Below, one piece after another: positions 1-10,516 of a stretch of 64,000 nucleotides of DNA (the stretch's first letter is position 1; the number at the start of each line of letters is the position of its first letter). The stretch is from a virus (Duplodnaviria; Caudoviricetes). A program made the position numbers and the translations under genes. The notes below the pieces were generated by a model. The model made no database searches. It had not been told where the DNA came from and saw nothing but the letters and a program-made list of their open reading frames with translations. The DNA lies in the IMG/VR virus record IMGVR_UViG_3300031555_001441, positions 32,001 through 96,000 of that record. One strand, given 5' to 3'.

Positions 1-815
1 TCATCATCGCTTATATGACCCTCGGCATCTGGTACTTCTATGAATTCAGACAACCACTCTTCTAGATCATCTGCAATCTTTTCAGCTACTCTGCTCAACC
101 GAGACAGCTCACTTGCGGAAGCACTCTTTATGTTGCAACCTTCGATATCTTCGTCATCAACACCGTCTGCAAATCTCTCTTCCTCGCCGTCATCGCATAC
201 AGGGCAACTGCCCATATCTGTGAGCTTACGGCCACATTTCTTGCAGCAACCTTCTTCATCATAGTCATCTTCATCAGATGCTTTGATTTTCTTCTTGCCA
301 CAGCCGGACTTGATATCTTTCTTGTCTTCACGATCTTTGACGAAATCGGGATCTCTTTCGGCATCTTCGTCGTAGTAGTCGACTTTCTTATTTGTCTTCT
401 CAAGCTCCTCTACGACAGCTCTCGCAAGTTTGCTATCACGATGTTTCTTTGTTATCTCGTTCCAGATAGTTGAGAGCGGCTTGCCTCTGACATAATCATC
501 TTCATAATCTTTGACGAGTTTGTCGATGAGTTTGTAATCAGTTGAAGCTTTGATCGATGATTTGACATCATCACCTCCATGAGAACACTCATCATACATG
601 TCCCAGTACTTTCGAAAATCTTCTTCAGTTACACTGTAACCATCATCTGAAGCAAGCTGTCTAAATTCATCAAAATCGTTTACAGGTAGTCCATTCTGTG
701 CATCGGTACAAGCCCATTCGTGCAAAAATTCAAACGGAATAGAATCTACTGCAGCCTTGACTGAAGATGCAGCTTTGATTTGATTCTTCGGCTGAACTAT
801 AAAGTTCTTTTTCAT
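1..815 (-). CDS. Partial (runs off window start) acidic multi-module protein with repeated (I/V)K(A/S)(A/S) motifs; putative virion-internal protein
   Basis: Not in the ORF track. My translation from ATG at 815 is MKKNFIVQPKNQIKAASSVKAAVDS...VKSSIKASTDY...IKSGCGKKKIKASDE...CKKC...CPVC...IKSAS, open to position 1. Confidence 0.8.
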   Translation of the reverse strand, partial: MKKNFIVQPKNQIKAASSVKAAVDSIPFEFLHEWACTDAQNGLPVNDFDEFRQLASDDGYSVTEEDFRKYWDMYDECSHGGDDVKSSIKASTDYKLIDKLVKDYEDDYVRGKPLSTIWNEITKKHRDSKLARAVVEELEKTNKKVDYYDEDAERDPDFVKDREDKKDIKSGCGKKKIKASDEDDYDEEGCCKKCGRKLTDMGSCPVCDDGEEERFADGVDDEDIEGCNIKSASASELSRLSRVAEKIADDLEEWLSEFIEVPDAEGHISDD

Positions 816-842
816 ACTTTTATGTTACCTTTCTACTGTGTT

Positions 843-1736
843 TTATAATGTAGGCGAATTAAACGCATCGTCAAATCGCTGTGTTTCATTTTGAAGATAT
901 TCAGCAACTTTCTTCTTTGCTCTTTGTATGTTGTTAAAGCAGTCATGTAAGATGCCGAGCACATCTGTTTCATATGTTTCTTGAAGCATCCCGACTGTAT
1001 CACCGTTTTCATCTACCAGGAGATATGCTGTCTCTGTTGGACCATATGGATCATTCTTTGTTGTCCACTCTTGGATGCGATATCCTAGCATCTTTGCAGC
1101 TTCTCTCAAGAGATATTCGACCTTCTCGTCAACATGTAATTCGTGATCAGGTAAATGCTTGTATTTATATGGATCATGTTCACATACAATGTCCTTCGTT
1201 CCTTCAACATCTGCGAATACTTTATATGTAGAATCATCTATCTCACGAGCTCTACCCTGATAGCAGAGTCCTTCGAGCGCACGTAGAAGATCCCACATAT
1301 CTATACCGATACGATCTGCTTCAAATATGAGGCCGCCAGGCTCTTCTGCTGTATCACGTCTCTTAGATACGGTCTTTCCTGCAAGCTTTTTGACAATGAG
1401 ATCACCATATTGATCTGCTTCTTCTTTGCCGAAGTACCAATCAGAAGCAGCTTTTACCGAAGTATTCGCTTTAATTTTATATTTACCTTCGAGCATCTTA
1501 GATAACTCGTCTAACGATGTCTGTGGAACTAGAGTTTCTATAATTGCATCAAGCTTCTTCTTTGCATCACGAGCAAGCTCCTTATCGCCATCTTTCTTAT
1601 ACTGAACATAATTATCAGCATATTGATTGACCATACGCCGCCAATCATTGTTGAAATACTTAGTTAACTTTGTTGTCAGATCACGAACTAACTTATCGGA
1701 AGCAGCTGTTATCTTCGTGTTCTTTGTTATCTTCAT
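843..1736 (-). CDS. Hypothetical protein with ITAAS/IKAN/VKAAS motifs, putative internal head protein
   Basis: 297-aa ORF co-oriented with neighbours; shares the motif. Confidence 0.7.
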   Translation of the reverse strand: MKITKNTKITAASDKLVRDLTTKLTKYFNNDWRRMVNQYADNYVQYKKDGDKELARDAKKKLDAIIETLVPQTSLDELSKMLEGKYKIKANTSVKAASDWYFGKEEADQYGDLIVKKLAGKTVSKRRDTAEEPGGLIFEADRIGIDMWDLLRALEGLCYQGRAREIDDSTYKVFADVEGTKDIVCEHDPYKYKHLPDHELHVDEKVEYLLREAAKMLGYRIQEWTTKNDPYGPTETAYLLVDENGDTVGMLQETYETDVLGILHDCFNNIQRAKKKVAEYLQNETQRFDDAFNSPTL

Positions 1737-1748
1737 ATTCGCTCACTC

Positions 1749-2120
1749 TTATCCTTTATATCCAGTAGCGTACATCGCTCTGCGTTGAGCATCTGCTTCT
1801 TTCTTTGTATCAAATTCACCGTGTTCTTTGCCGGTGTCTCCTCTGTTGACCCATTTGCCGTTGTTCTTCTTAACGGTATCGGCTTTAACATTGCAGCTTT
1901 CTTCAATGTCGTTAGATACGCTCATCGTATTCGCACGCTTGCGGGATAGTTTGATATATCTGATTATGCTGTTGATACGTCTCTGAGTCTCTGTCGGCGT
2001 TAGTGTCCAAAACTGATCACTGAGATGTGCCAGTTTATCCTCGGCATCTTGTAGAATATCGTACGATTCTGTGCTACCAGTGGCTGACGCTTCTGCTGCT
2101 CTTATTATTCTTCTTTTCAT
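1749..2120 (-). CDS. Hypothetical protein (MKRRIIRAA N-terminus)
   Basis: ORF with AAGGAG RBS; shared N-terminal motif. Confidence 0.7.
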   Translation of the reverse strand: MKRRIIRAAEASATGSTESYDILQDAEDKLAHLSDQFWTLTPTETQRRINSIIRYIKLSRKRANTMSVSNDIEESCNVKADTVKKNNGKWVNRGDTGKEHGEFDTKKEADAQRRAMYATGYKG

Positions 2121-2162
2121 ATTCTCTCCTTGATCTTTTCATTACTCTTTATCAACATGATC

Positions 2163-2390
2163 TTAATTGTATCCTTTAAGAGAATCTATGCACTTGATAG
2201 CTTTATCAACAGCTTTCAGTGCATTATCTATTCTGTGATAATCTAAGCTATCGCTGAAAACAGATTCAGTCAGCTGTTTCAGACAACGCTTGCTCTCATT
2301 TAATTTATCTTTTACTTCTTTTACATCTTCAGCAGTGTAGTCACCAGCTACTTCCATATATTGTTTGGCTGCTCTTATGTATCTCTTCAT
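2163..2390 (-). CDS. Small hypothetical protein (MKRYIRAA)
   Basis: AAGGAG RBS; ATGA overlap with upstream gene. Confidence 0.7.
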   Translation of the reverse strand: MKRYIRAAKQYMEVAGDYTAEDVKEVKDKLNESKRCLKQLTESVFSDSLDYHRIDNALKAVDKAIKCIDSLKGYN

Positions 2391-2737
2391 ACATTTCTCC
2401 TTAAATATTCTACTTGTTTCATCGACAGATGTTCTCCATTGACGATAAACAATTTTATCTCATCTCTGTAGTAATCTTGTTTACCCCAGATGATTGTATG
2501 ATCTTTGCCATATCTTCTTATCGGTGACGGGCAACTGTCGATCATATCTGCATGAGTTATGATACGATCTTCACTCTCATGCGTATATTTATTGTATTTG
2601 TATGTTGTTGTGTAAAAGTATCCACGAAGTACATTGTCGTAATTCTCTGAATATTCTTCGAGTTTCGGCATCTGTATGAGTATGAATTTACTCAGTAGTA
2701 TGTCTCCGGCAGATGCTGATTTGATATATCGTTTCAT
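2387..2737 (-). CDS. Hypothetical protein (MKRYIKSAS)
   Basis: Start reassigned to ATG 2737 after GGAG; shared motif. Confidence 0.7.
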   Translation of the reverse strand: MKRYIKSASAGDILLSKFILIQMPKLEEYSENYDNVLRGYFYTTTYKYNKYTHESEDRIITHADMIDSCPSPIRRYGKDHTIIWGKQDYYRDEIKLFIVNGEHLSMKQVEYLRRNV

Positions 2738-2821
2738 TTCTGCTCCGCATAACAAATATTTATGTATATATCAATAATATGTAAGGTTATTCTCTTATAT
2801 ATGTTATAACGATTTTTCTTC

Positions 2822-4202
2822 TTATAGTGTGGCCATGTTTTCTTCGGATGTGATAACAGGTATGCCGTATTTGTCTGCGTATTCAAGAGCTATTGGATTG
2901 TCTGAATATATCACAACATTCCGGCAACCTCTGAAGATGCCGCTGTTCATACTGCGAACACTCATCGGAATGTTTATTCTTTCTAGTTTAGTGCATCCTT
3001 CAAATACAGCAGAATCGATTGAAAATACACCTTCCTCAATGCGAACATATTTTAGTTCTCGACATCTGCTGAATGCATCCCACGATATATGTTGAACACT
3101 TCCTGGAATTACTATCTGTTCTAAGCTCTCACACTCTATGAATGCATGACCTCCGATATATTCAAGACCTGACGGAAATACTACATTGGTTAATCTGTGA
3201 CAATATGCGAAAGCTCCTTGGTCTATGAAGGTAACACTGTCAGAAAAGTCAACCTGCTGTAAACTGACGCAATCATAGAAGGCTTCAGATTCAATTTCTA
3301 TAACAGTATCAAGTATCTTAAGAGTTTCAAGATGTCTGCACTCTCTGAATGCGTTTCGGTCAATGCTGTCTACGCCAGATACTACTGCATGTTTGATATG
3401 TGAACGAATTGCATCTGGAATGTAATCACCTATATATTCATATATTGAATTTTCTGTATCGCTGATATCAATTATTTGTGTTGGATCTATCTTCATGAAG
3501 AAATCTCTTAGGCCTCTACTGTCATCAAGAAATTCATTTACATCAATCGGATCGTCATTTCTGTCCATGAATTGTTCAGATTCAAAATGGAACTGGTACT
3601 TTATGCTAGGCACATGTTTGTTGATAATTACATACAATGGACCTTGCTTGGTATAATATTTGTAATAGTAATCATCTTCTGTTGAAGCTGTACACCATGT
3701 TGTACCTTCGCCTAGCTTACATGCAGCTGCATATGTCTTTGGAACATAAACTATCCACTCGCTATCTTCATACACCCTATCTGCATCTTTTTCAAGATCA
3801 ACATCGCGTCTATTCTTCTGACGCTCTCTCACCTCTTGACGATGCGTTTTATTCTTGTAAGACGAATCATCGTTCAGCATATTTTCGACGTCAGCGATAG
3901 ATTTGTATTTCATTATATCGCGATTGACAAGATTCTGCTTCTCAGATTCAAATCGAGTGAGGACATCAGTGAGATGACCTTCATTCACTATGGGGACCTC
4001 TATTAGCAAGTGTGAGTATCCATCTACCATAAGTTCCTAACTGCTTGCTTCCTTCTTTGTATGTTGGATCTAATTCAATCAGACGCTTTATATTAGTTGG
4101 TTCAACGTTCGGATAATATTTGTTTGTCATCTCATCGAACTCAGGAGTGCCGATCGCAGCTGCAAATATTTCTGACTGAGGATATTTGATAAATTTTTTC
4201 AT
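2822..4202 (-). pseudogene. BspA-type leucine-rich-repeat protein with N-terminal WCTA-motif domain, frameshifted (+1 in a C4 run at 3992-3995)
   Basis: ORFs 3981-4202 and 2822-4030 join at NRGP/IVNEGHLTD, which is contiguous in the paralog (NKGPIVNEGHLTD). The C-terminus has IGxxAFxxCxxL repeats. Confidence 0.8.
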
Positions 4203-4228
4203 GCGGAACTAGCTCCTTTACGCAATTA

Positions 4229-5536
4229 TTATAGTGTTACCAGATCTTCATCTAAAGGAACAACAGGTATTCCTTCCTGTTCTGCATATTCAATTGCTAT
4301 TGGATTGTTTGTGTGTATTGTAAGATGATCACAAGCAGCGAACGCACCTTCGTCTATTGACGTTACGATGTCCGGTATCGTAACGCTTGTAAGACTGCTG
4401 CAGTCAAAGAACGCCCTCCAGCCTATACTCGTAACACCGTCAGGTATCGTTATGCTCGTAAGATTGGTGCAACCGGAGAACGTCTTATCACTTATTTTCT
4501 TCACGCCGTCCAGTATGTTTATACTTGCAAGACTTTCGCAGCCGGAGAACGCTCGATCACCTATACTAGTAACACTGTCAGGTATCATAATGCTTGTAAG
4601 ACTGCTGCACAAGGAGAACGCATATTGACCTATTTCAGTTACGCTGTCCGGTATCGTTACGCTCTTAAGATTAGTGCAGCCGTTGAACGCATGATCGCCT
4701 ATACGTTTAACTCGGTTAGAAATAGTAACCTTTTTGATGTATGATCTCACATTTTGTGGTATTGACTTGCCATCATATTCATATTTAACATATTTGCTGA
4801 TATCAATAACTTCTTCTGGATGTTTCTTCATGAAGAAATCACGGAGCGCATGATCTTTGTCTAAAAATGAATTTAAATTGATCTTTTTGTCGTTCTTGTT
4901 CACAAACTGCTTTGACTCAAAATGAAATTGATATTTTTCACTTGGATCTTTTTTGTTTATTACGATATAGTATTCTCCACCATATCTTGATTTATAATCA
5001 TTATAGTAGAAGTCACTTTCTGTTGAAGCAGTGCATCATTTTGTGCCTTGACCCAGCTTGCAAGAAGCCGCATACGTGTGAGGTACCCACGCCTCCCACT
5101 CGCTATCTTCGAAGACTTTCTCTGCATCCTTATCTAAGTCTGCATTCTTTCTATCTTTTTGTCTCTGCCTTACTTCCTGTCTATGAGATAAATCTTTATA
5201 AGAATTGTCGTCATTCAACATGTTTTCGACATCATCTACAGATTTGTATTTCATTATGTCTTTATCTTTGAGGTTCTTTTTCTCGTCCTCAAATCGGATA
5301 AGGACGTCTGTGAGATGTCCCTCGTTCACTATTGGACCCTTATTCGCCAGGTTGAGTATCCAACGTCCGTAAGTACCTATCTGATTACTACCCTCTTTAT
5401 ATGTCGGATCCATCTGTATATATTTCATTACATCTTCTACATTTGGATAGTATTTTTTGAATATGGCCTCAGCTTCAGGCGTGTTAAGGGCAGCAGCTTG
5501 TATGTATGATTGTGGATACTTTACAAAATGATGCAT
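4229..5536 (-). pseudogene. Paralogous BspA-type LRR protein with in-frame TGA at 5036-5038 (Trp position)
   Basis: Reading through TGA gives GQGTK*CTASTE...KYQFHFESKQF, matching the paralog's GEGTTWCTASTE...KYQFHFESEQF, in frame with the LRR ORF 4229-4903. Confidence 0.8.
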
Positions 5537-5619
5537 ATTGTCACCTCTATGAGTACAGTTACTAGTATATACATTATAGAAGGTTATAACATGTAAAAAG
5601 AACATTTAAGATTAACAAT

Positions 5620-5645
5620 AAAATGAGCTAGTAGACACTAGCTCA
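5620..5645 (-). terminator. Intrinsic terminator
   Basis: TGAGCTAGT-agac-ACTAGCTCA stem with T tract on the minus strand. Confidence 0.55.
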
Positions 5646-5697
5646 ATTTAACTTGCGGAATAAATGATTCTCCACGTTGATCTAATCAGCGACTGAG

Positions 5698-6351
5698 CTA
5701 ATCAGTAGAAGATGCACTCGTTTTGCCAAGTTCACTCATAGTTTGATGCAATGTGTTGAAGTAGTCATTAAACCATCTGTCAGACTTCACAAGTTCAACT
5801 GTAAGCTGTTTCATTATTTCACAAAGTTCAGATACACTGAAATTCAAACAACTATTTGAAATTACATTCGGTATGGAAGGAGTTCTAAAAATCTGTCCAT
5901 GATACACACTGTTAGATTTCACTTTCATATTTTTCATCTCAATATCTGAGATGTCGAACATAGATTGTAAAGATGAATATCGAATGTGGCATCGCAGCTC
6001 AACATTTTTACAGCTCAGTGTTTGATTTTCAATTGTCCACAGATTTGTCCATCTGTGATCAAATAAATCAGATAAAGGATGAACAACATCTACTCCCATA
6101 TCTGCTGGACGTACATTTACAAACGTAATAACGTCATCTGTATGATGTTTGACATAGTGCGAAGCTAGCGCTTGATTCATAGCGTATTCTAATGTAGGCA
6201 GCTGAATGTTGTAGTAGTGCATAACAGCATCTGTAAGCTGATCCAGATATTCATTGTCCTCCTCTGTGAGATCATCTGCTGTGATTTTGTTTGTGCTGCT
6301 ATTAACTATTCGCAGTACATTTGCCCATACATCATTCATACTAGTATTCAT
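5698..6351 (-). CDS. Hypothetical protein
   Basis: 217-aa ORF with AAGGAG RBS. Confidence 0.6.
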   Translation of the reverse strand: MNTSMNDVWANVLRIVNSSTNKITADDLTEEDNEYLDQLTDAVMHYYNIQLPTLEYAMNQALASHYVKHHTDDVITFVNVRPADMGVDVVHPLSDLFDHRWTNLWTIENQTLSCKNVELRCHIRYSSLQSMFDISDIEMKNMKVKSNSVYHGQIFRTPSIPNVISNSCLNFSVSELCEIMKQLTVELVKSDRWFNDYFNTLHQTMSELGKTSASSTD

Positions 6352-6518
6352 ACTTTATATTTCTCCTTATCTCTGATATAATTACTTATAATTTCCGCAA
6401 CAGCATACAAAGTAGGCACACAGTGCTCCTCAACAGTGAGACGATCATTTGATTCTATTCTTACACGATACTTTTGATTCAGGTTATCAACATGTATTGT
6501 TAGATCTGAAGCTGTCAT
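6348..6518 (-). CDS. Small hypothetical protein (56 aa, MTASDLTIHVDNL...)
   Basis: Own translation. AGGAG RBS lies 7 nt upstream and the stop overlaps the next start; below the ORF-track cutoff. Confidence 0.45.
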   Translation of the reverse strand: MTASDLTIHVDNLNQKYRVRIESNDRLTVEEHCVPTLYAVAEIISNYIRDKEKYKV

Positions 6519-6561
6519 AGGCCATCTCCTTATTTGTGTTACATATTATATAACGATTCAT

Positions 6562-6593
6562 AAAAATAGTTGAGGATTTCTCCTCAACTATTT
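6562..6593 (-). terminator. Intrinsic terminator after tail sheath
   Basis: AATAGTTGAGGA-tttc-TCCTCAACTATT stem with T tract. Confidence 0.7.
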
Positions 6594-6605
6594 GTTATAA
6601 TCTGA

Positions 6606-8486
6606 TCACGAAATGAACTGATCAAGAGATACTGTGGGCGGAAGTGCAATCAGATCTATGTAGATATCATTGATCACACCAGGCACTACAAGATATATCT
6701 TTCCGATAACTGTATTAGCAGCAACTTGATCTTCTGCATTGATATCAGCAGACATCTTGATGTACCAATCCAATATAGCACCTTGATTCTTCATTGTATC
6801 AAGAAGTGGTGCACATCCTGCATAGAATTTATCATAAGCTTGCGAATTATTGTACTGGAATGTAATTGCAATCCCGCATCTGTATGCAATATCTTTAACA
6901 GCATTGACGAGATATCTAGTAGACATATTTGCAAGCGCTTGATATGTTGCGGGAGGTAGATCAAACAATGTTGAATTACCCCATATGACTGTGCCTATAT
7001 CAGGTATAGGTGTAAGAATATTCACACCAACACCTTCTTGTTTCTGCCACTTATCAAGAATAGACTTTGTTATTGTATAATCAAATTTTGTTATCTTGAC
7101 ATTGTGTTTCTTGTTACTAGGAATAAGCCATTCATACTGAGCAGCTTGATTCAATATCTGCGCTCTACTTATTATCAACGATAAGAACGACGGTGGCATA
7201 TGAACAGCTTTTGTCATGGTCACTAATGTAAAATATGCCCAGTTGAAGAGAATGCCCGAATTAGTATTAAACAATATTCCGTTGACATCATTTCCGCCTG
7301 CAGCTTGAAACTTGGACAGCTGTTGAACATAACCGCCCTCTGCTGTCTCTTCGTTGTAGAACCATACAGGCGGGCAGCTGCGAGGCGCATCGAGCATACC
7401 AGCACCGCATCTGCTGTAATATGCAACTTCCATTATCTTTTTATGAAGAGGTGATACTTCAAGAGGCGATACTGCAGATGTTTCCTCAGATGGATCTTCG
7501 TACTCAAACAAATCTTGATCATCCCAACCCGGAGAGATGATTCTCTGAGGATTATAAGACAACTTGTCTTTCAAAAGATCATATACTCTATAAGCTGCTG
7601 TGTAAACCCACTCAGTATAATATATCTTTGCAAGTTTAGATTCATTAGTGGCATAAGCTGCTTTCAATTCTGTAACTTTAGCATTTACTTTCGTCACATA
7701 CTTTGCTGTACTATTTGAACCATATCTAGATGTAAGAAGAGCACTAACTGCATTTGATATATCGGCTGCCTCAGGAGTTGCAGGCCAATCTTCACCACCT
7801 ATAAGAGATAGTTTATCTGAACCTGAAGCGGGTGCATAAGTATCGTCATCACTGATACTACCCGAAACGGTAAGATCTACAAATTTAGATTCTACTTCGG
7901 ATACAAGTGGAATGTTAGTTTCAACTTCCGGAACATTGAATGTAAAAGAAAGATTTTCAACAGCATTAGATACACCTGTTAGAGGATCTTCTACACGGAT
8001 GATAAGATTCCAATAGTGCGAAGTACCTAGCGGCTTTTGAGATAAGTAGCATCTTAGTGTATTGCCGAAGGTGCCAGGATACTTGGCCTTGACTGCAAGA
8101 CTGCCTTGATCTCCTATTTGAAATACGCCATCAGCTTTTGCTCCAGGAGCGAGACGACACACTAATACGTCATATCCAACAGATAAGAGGGTCAATGCCA
8201 TCTGATACGAATAGTCGTTTGCTAATCTATAGTTAGCAGCTGGACCTCTATATGTAGCTATAAATTGCTCCATACCTGCTTGATTAGACGAGAATCTGCT
8301 CCAAGCTACATCGGCAAGGTCAGCATCTGTTTCCGAAGCAAGTGTCTGAATGCCTGATAACGTAGCTGGATCAACATAACCGGGTCCCCAACATGCTGTA
8401 ATAGGTAACGCTATCGTTGCATAAGCATTGTTACCTATTGCATATGTGTAATTTTGAGAAATTTCGTTGATTACTATGTTTGCCAC
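6606..8486 (-). CDS. Contractile tail sheath protein
   Basis: AKYPGTFGN, PPS, GVNIL...IWGNSTL...LANMSTRYLVN and ending VPGVINDIYIDL are typical sheath C-terminal motifs; GTG start after GGAGG. Confidence 0.85.
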   Translation of the reverse strand: MANIVINEISQNYTYAIGNNAYATIALPITACWGPGYVDPATLSGIQTLASETDADLADVAWSRFSSNQAGMEQFIATYRGPAANYRLANDYSYQMALTLLSVGYDVLVCRLAPGAKADGVFQIGDQGSLAVKAKYPGTFGNTLRCYLSQKPLGTSHYWNLIIRVEDPLTGVSNAVENLSFTFNVPEVETNIPLVSEVESKFVDLTVSGSISDDDTYAPASGSDKLSLIGGEDWPATPEAADISNAVSALLTSRYGSNSTAKYVTKVNAKVTELKAAYATNESKLAKIYYTEWVYTAAYRVYDLLKDKLSYNPQRIISPGWDDQDLFEYEDPSEETSAVSPLEVSPLHKKIMEVAYYSRCGAGMLDAPRSCPPVWFYNEETAEGGYVQQLSKFQAAGGNDVNGILFNTNSGILFNWAYFTLVTMTKAVHMPPSFLSLIISRAQILNQAAQYEWLIPSNKKHNVKITKFDYTITKSILDKWQKQEGVGVNILTPIPDIGTVIWGNSTLFDLPPATYQALANMSTRYLVNAVKDIAYRCGIAITFQYNNSQAYDKFYAGCAPLLDTMKNQGAILDWYIKMSADINAEDQVAANTVIGKIYLVVPGVINDIYIDLIALPPTVSLDQFIS

Positions 8487-8579
8487 GTATGTGTACCTCC
8501 TAAGAATATACAGTGGTTATTTTCTTTTCTTATTGTGATTATCTACTATGTTTTTATACAAGGTTATTATTTTTTTTTA

Positions 8580-8981
8580 TTATGAAATCAAATTCAATAT
8601 GTATTTAAGGTCTTCAATCGAAGCATTGTAGAAATCATGATTCCATATCCAAAAGTCCTCGTGTTCTTTACGTCTGAAGCGATGAAGTGATTCATCTGCC
8701 CAAATGAGTTTCCAACGACGTTTATATTTACGCGCTGAATTTTTCTCATTATCTGACCTCAGCTTATCTTTGATCTTAGTGATGAGTTTGCCACGTTCAA
8801 GTCCACATCCATCATCATCTCGTGCAAAGTATGTGTAAGCGATTTCAGATGTTGTTAAACAGATCGGCTCATTGTTGATAGCGATTATATTTTTGTACGT
8901 ATATGCTTGTGTACCACGAGTGAGATGTGTTTCTCCCCGTAGTACTAGCGCATTCATATCTTTATGAACAACATAATCCAT
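8580..8981 (-). CDS. Hypothetical protein directly downstream of the DGR RT
   Basis: 133-aa ORF (YFARDDDGxGxERG, WIWNHDFYNA) 19 nt after the RT stop. Confidence 0.7.
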   Translation of the reverse strand: MDYVVHKDMNALVLRGETHLTRGTQAYTYKNIIAINNEPICLTTSEIAYTYFARDDDGCGLERGKLITKIKDKLRSDNEKNSARKYKRRWKLIWADESLHRFRRKEHEDFWIWNHDFYNASIEDLKYILNLIS

Positions 8982-8999
8982 AAATACTATGTTATTATC

Positions 9000-10130
9000 C
9001 TACCCTTTCACAAAAGTTTTATGAAACACGTTGTGACCAAATCTATGCAATTTGAGCCACTTGTGGTGATCATCATAATTGTTATAGTATGCAAATGAAC
9101 TCTGTATAGAATCACGAATATATTTCTGTTGCGAATCGTCTGACCATTTCTGTACATATATAAGAATACGCCTTCGAAAACGACGTACACTGTCTCGATT
9201 TCCGTGTGACACTACATAGGACGATTTGGTTGCGATGAAAGTAGCTTTGCAGAATCTTATTGGACGCACAATTGATTGTATTATACATTTGCTCGAATTG
9301 ATTGTGAATCCAAGTTCGGCTGCTTTCTTAATTATACGCTCTAGCATCTGTTTTACATCTCTATGCGGTGGTACAAACACAATGTAGTCATCCATGTAAT
9401 GTCCACATCCTGCAAGATGCAGTTGACAAGCGATGTAATGATCTAACTTTGATGGAGCTGCAACCATCTCGGCTTGACTTGGCTCTACCCCAATAGGCAT
9501 TCCACATTCACTAGATGTAGATTGAACTATTAGATCTACTAAATGACGAATTCTATCATTCTGAAATACATATCTATGCTGATTATACAATAACGAATGT
9601 GGAGCTGTCGGAAAGAACTGCTTCAGATCAAGTAGAATTACACTACCTTCATCATTGTACTTTCTCTGAAATTTCTGTATGTTTGTTTTAACTTGCCGAA
9701 ACGTGAAGTGTAGTCCTTTACCTTTGAGGCTTGCTCCGTTGTTATATAACAGATACTTCTTGTATCCCTTGAGCAGTATATCTTGAGTAATGACCTTTTC
9801 AACTTGTCGGTCACGTACATCTGGAGATTCAATGTGACGCAGTTTACCACGTTCATGTATCCAGAATGATTTTCGCTTTCTCGGTTTCCATGTATCTGTC
9901 AGCACTCTGAATAGTGCAACTGCAGTTATTGAGAATAAGTGACGTTCAAAATTCTGAATGCTGTACTTCCATCTGACGTTTCTACAGCATTGTTTTCCCG
10001 ATCTAAATAGACGATGATATGTGAATATTTCCTCAATTGTACCAATTGCATCTGAATTTTGCTTTCGTTTCAGCTCTCTGCGAAGTCGTCTTCGTTGATA
10101 TCTTTGCTCATGTCGTTCTGAACTTGTAAT
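9000..10130 (-). CDS. DGR reverse transcriptase
   Basis: ERGKLRHI, DRQVEK, LDLKQFF, PIGVEPSQ and HYMDD motifs. The frame is open upstream to ATT at 10130 with a GAGGTG RBS 7 nt before (ITSSERHEQRYQRRR...). Confidence 0.92.
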   Translation of the reverse strand: MTSSERHEQRYQRRRLRRELKRKQNSDAIGTIEEIFTYHRLFRSGKQCCRNVRWKYSIQNFERHLFSITAVALFRVLTDTWKPRKRKSFWIHERGKLRHIESPDVRDRQVEKVITQDILLKGYKKYLLYNNGASLKGKGLHFTFRQVKTNIQKFQRKYNDEGSVILLDLKQFFPTAPHSLLYNQHRYVFQNDRIRHLVDLIVQSTSSECGMPIGVEPSQAEMVAAPSKLDHYIACQLHLAGCGHYMDDYIVFVPPHRDVKQMLERIIKKAAELGFTINSSKCIIQSIVRPIRFCKATFIATKSSYVVSHGNRDSVRRFRRRILIYVQKWSDDSQQKYIRDSIQSSFAYYNNYDDHHKWLKLHRFGHNVFHKTFVKG

Positions 10131-10354
10131 AGATATTCACCTCGTGCATAACTTATTTACTACATCGGTAAGTTACATAACAGTCAACACATGAAATAGA
10201 AATGATGCAGAAGTTTCTACCATGCAAGAAGCGTCCGTGCTGCTGTGTCACGAAGTCATTTTGGATTGATAGCATCACTATCAATCTCAGGAAGCATTTC
10301 TCCTTTTGTAAATGGTCATATATCCGCACGCATACAGATATGTTCAACCTATGC

Positions 10355-10481
10355 AAAATCGGGGAGCACCCATACGAATTGTTGGCGTTGTTATTGTTGG
10401 CGTTGCCGCTGTTGTTGACATTGCAGAAATTGTTCGTGTTAGAAGCATTTGGCGAACGAAGCCACCAGTTGACAGCAGAAT
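10355..10481 (-). repeat. DGR template repeat (TR)
   Basis: 127-nt copy of the VR; all 18 mismatches are at TR adenines on the coding (minus) strand; 15 AAY codons in the target frame. Confidence 0.95.
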
Positions 10482-10516
10482 GCTATACAGAAATACACCT
10501 GAATTAACTTACCTAG

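Noticed and set aside
5036-5038. Genome-wide TGA=Trp recoding suggested by the in-frame TGA
   Set aside because: TGA ends several genes at their expected C-termini (sheath 6606, DGR target 11131, 27187), and conserved Trp codons elsewhere are TGG; coding density under the standard code is high.
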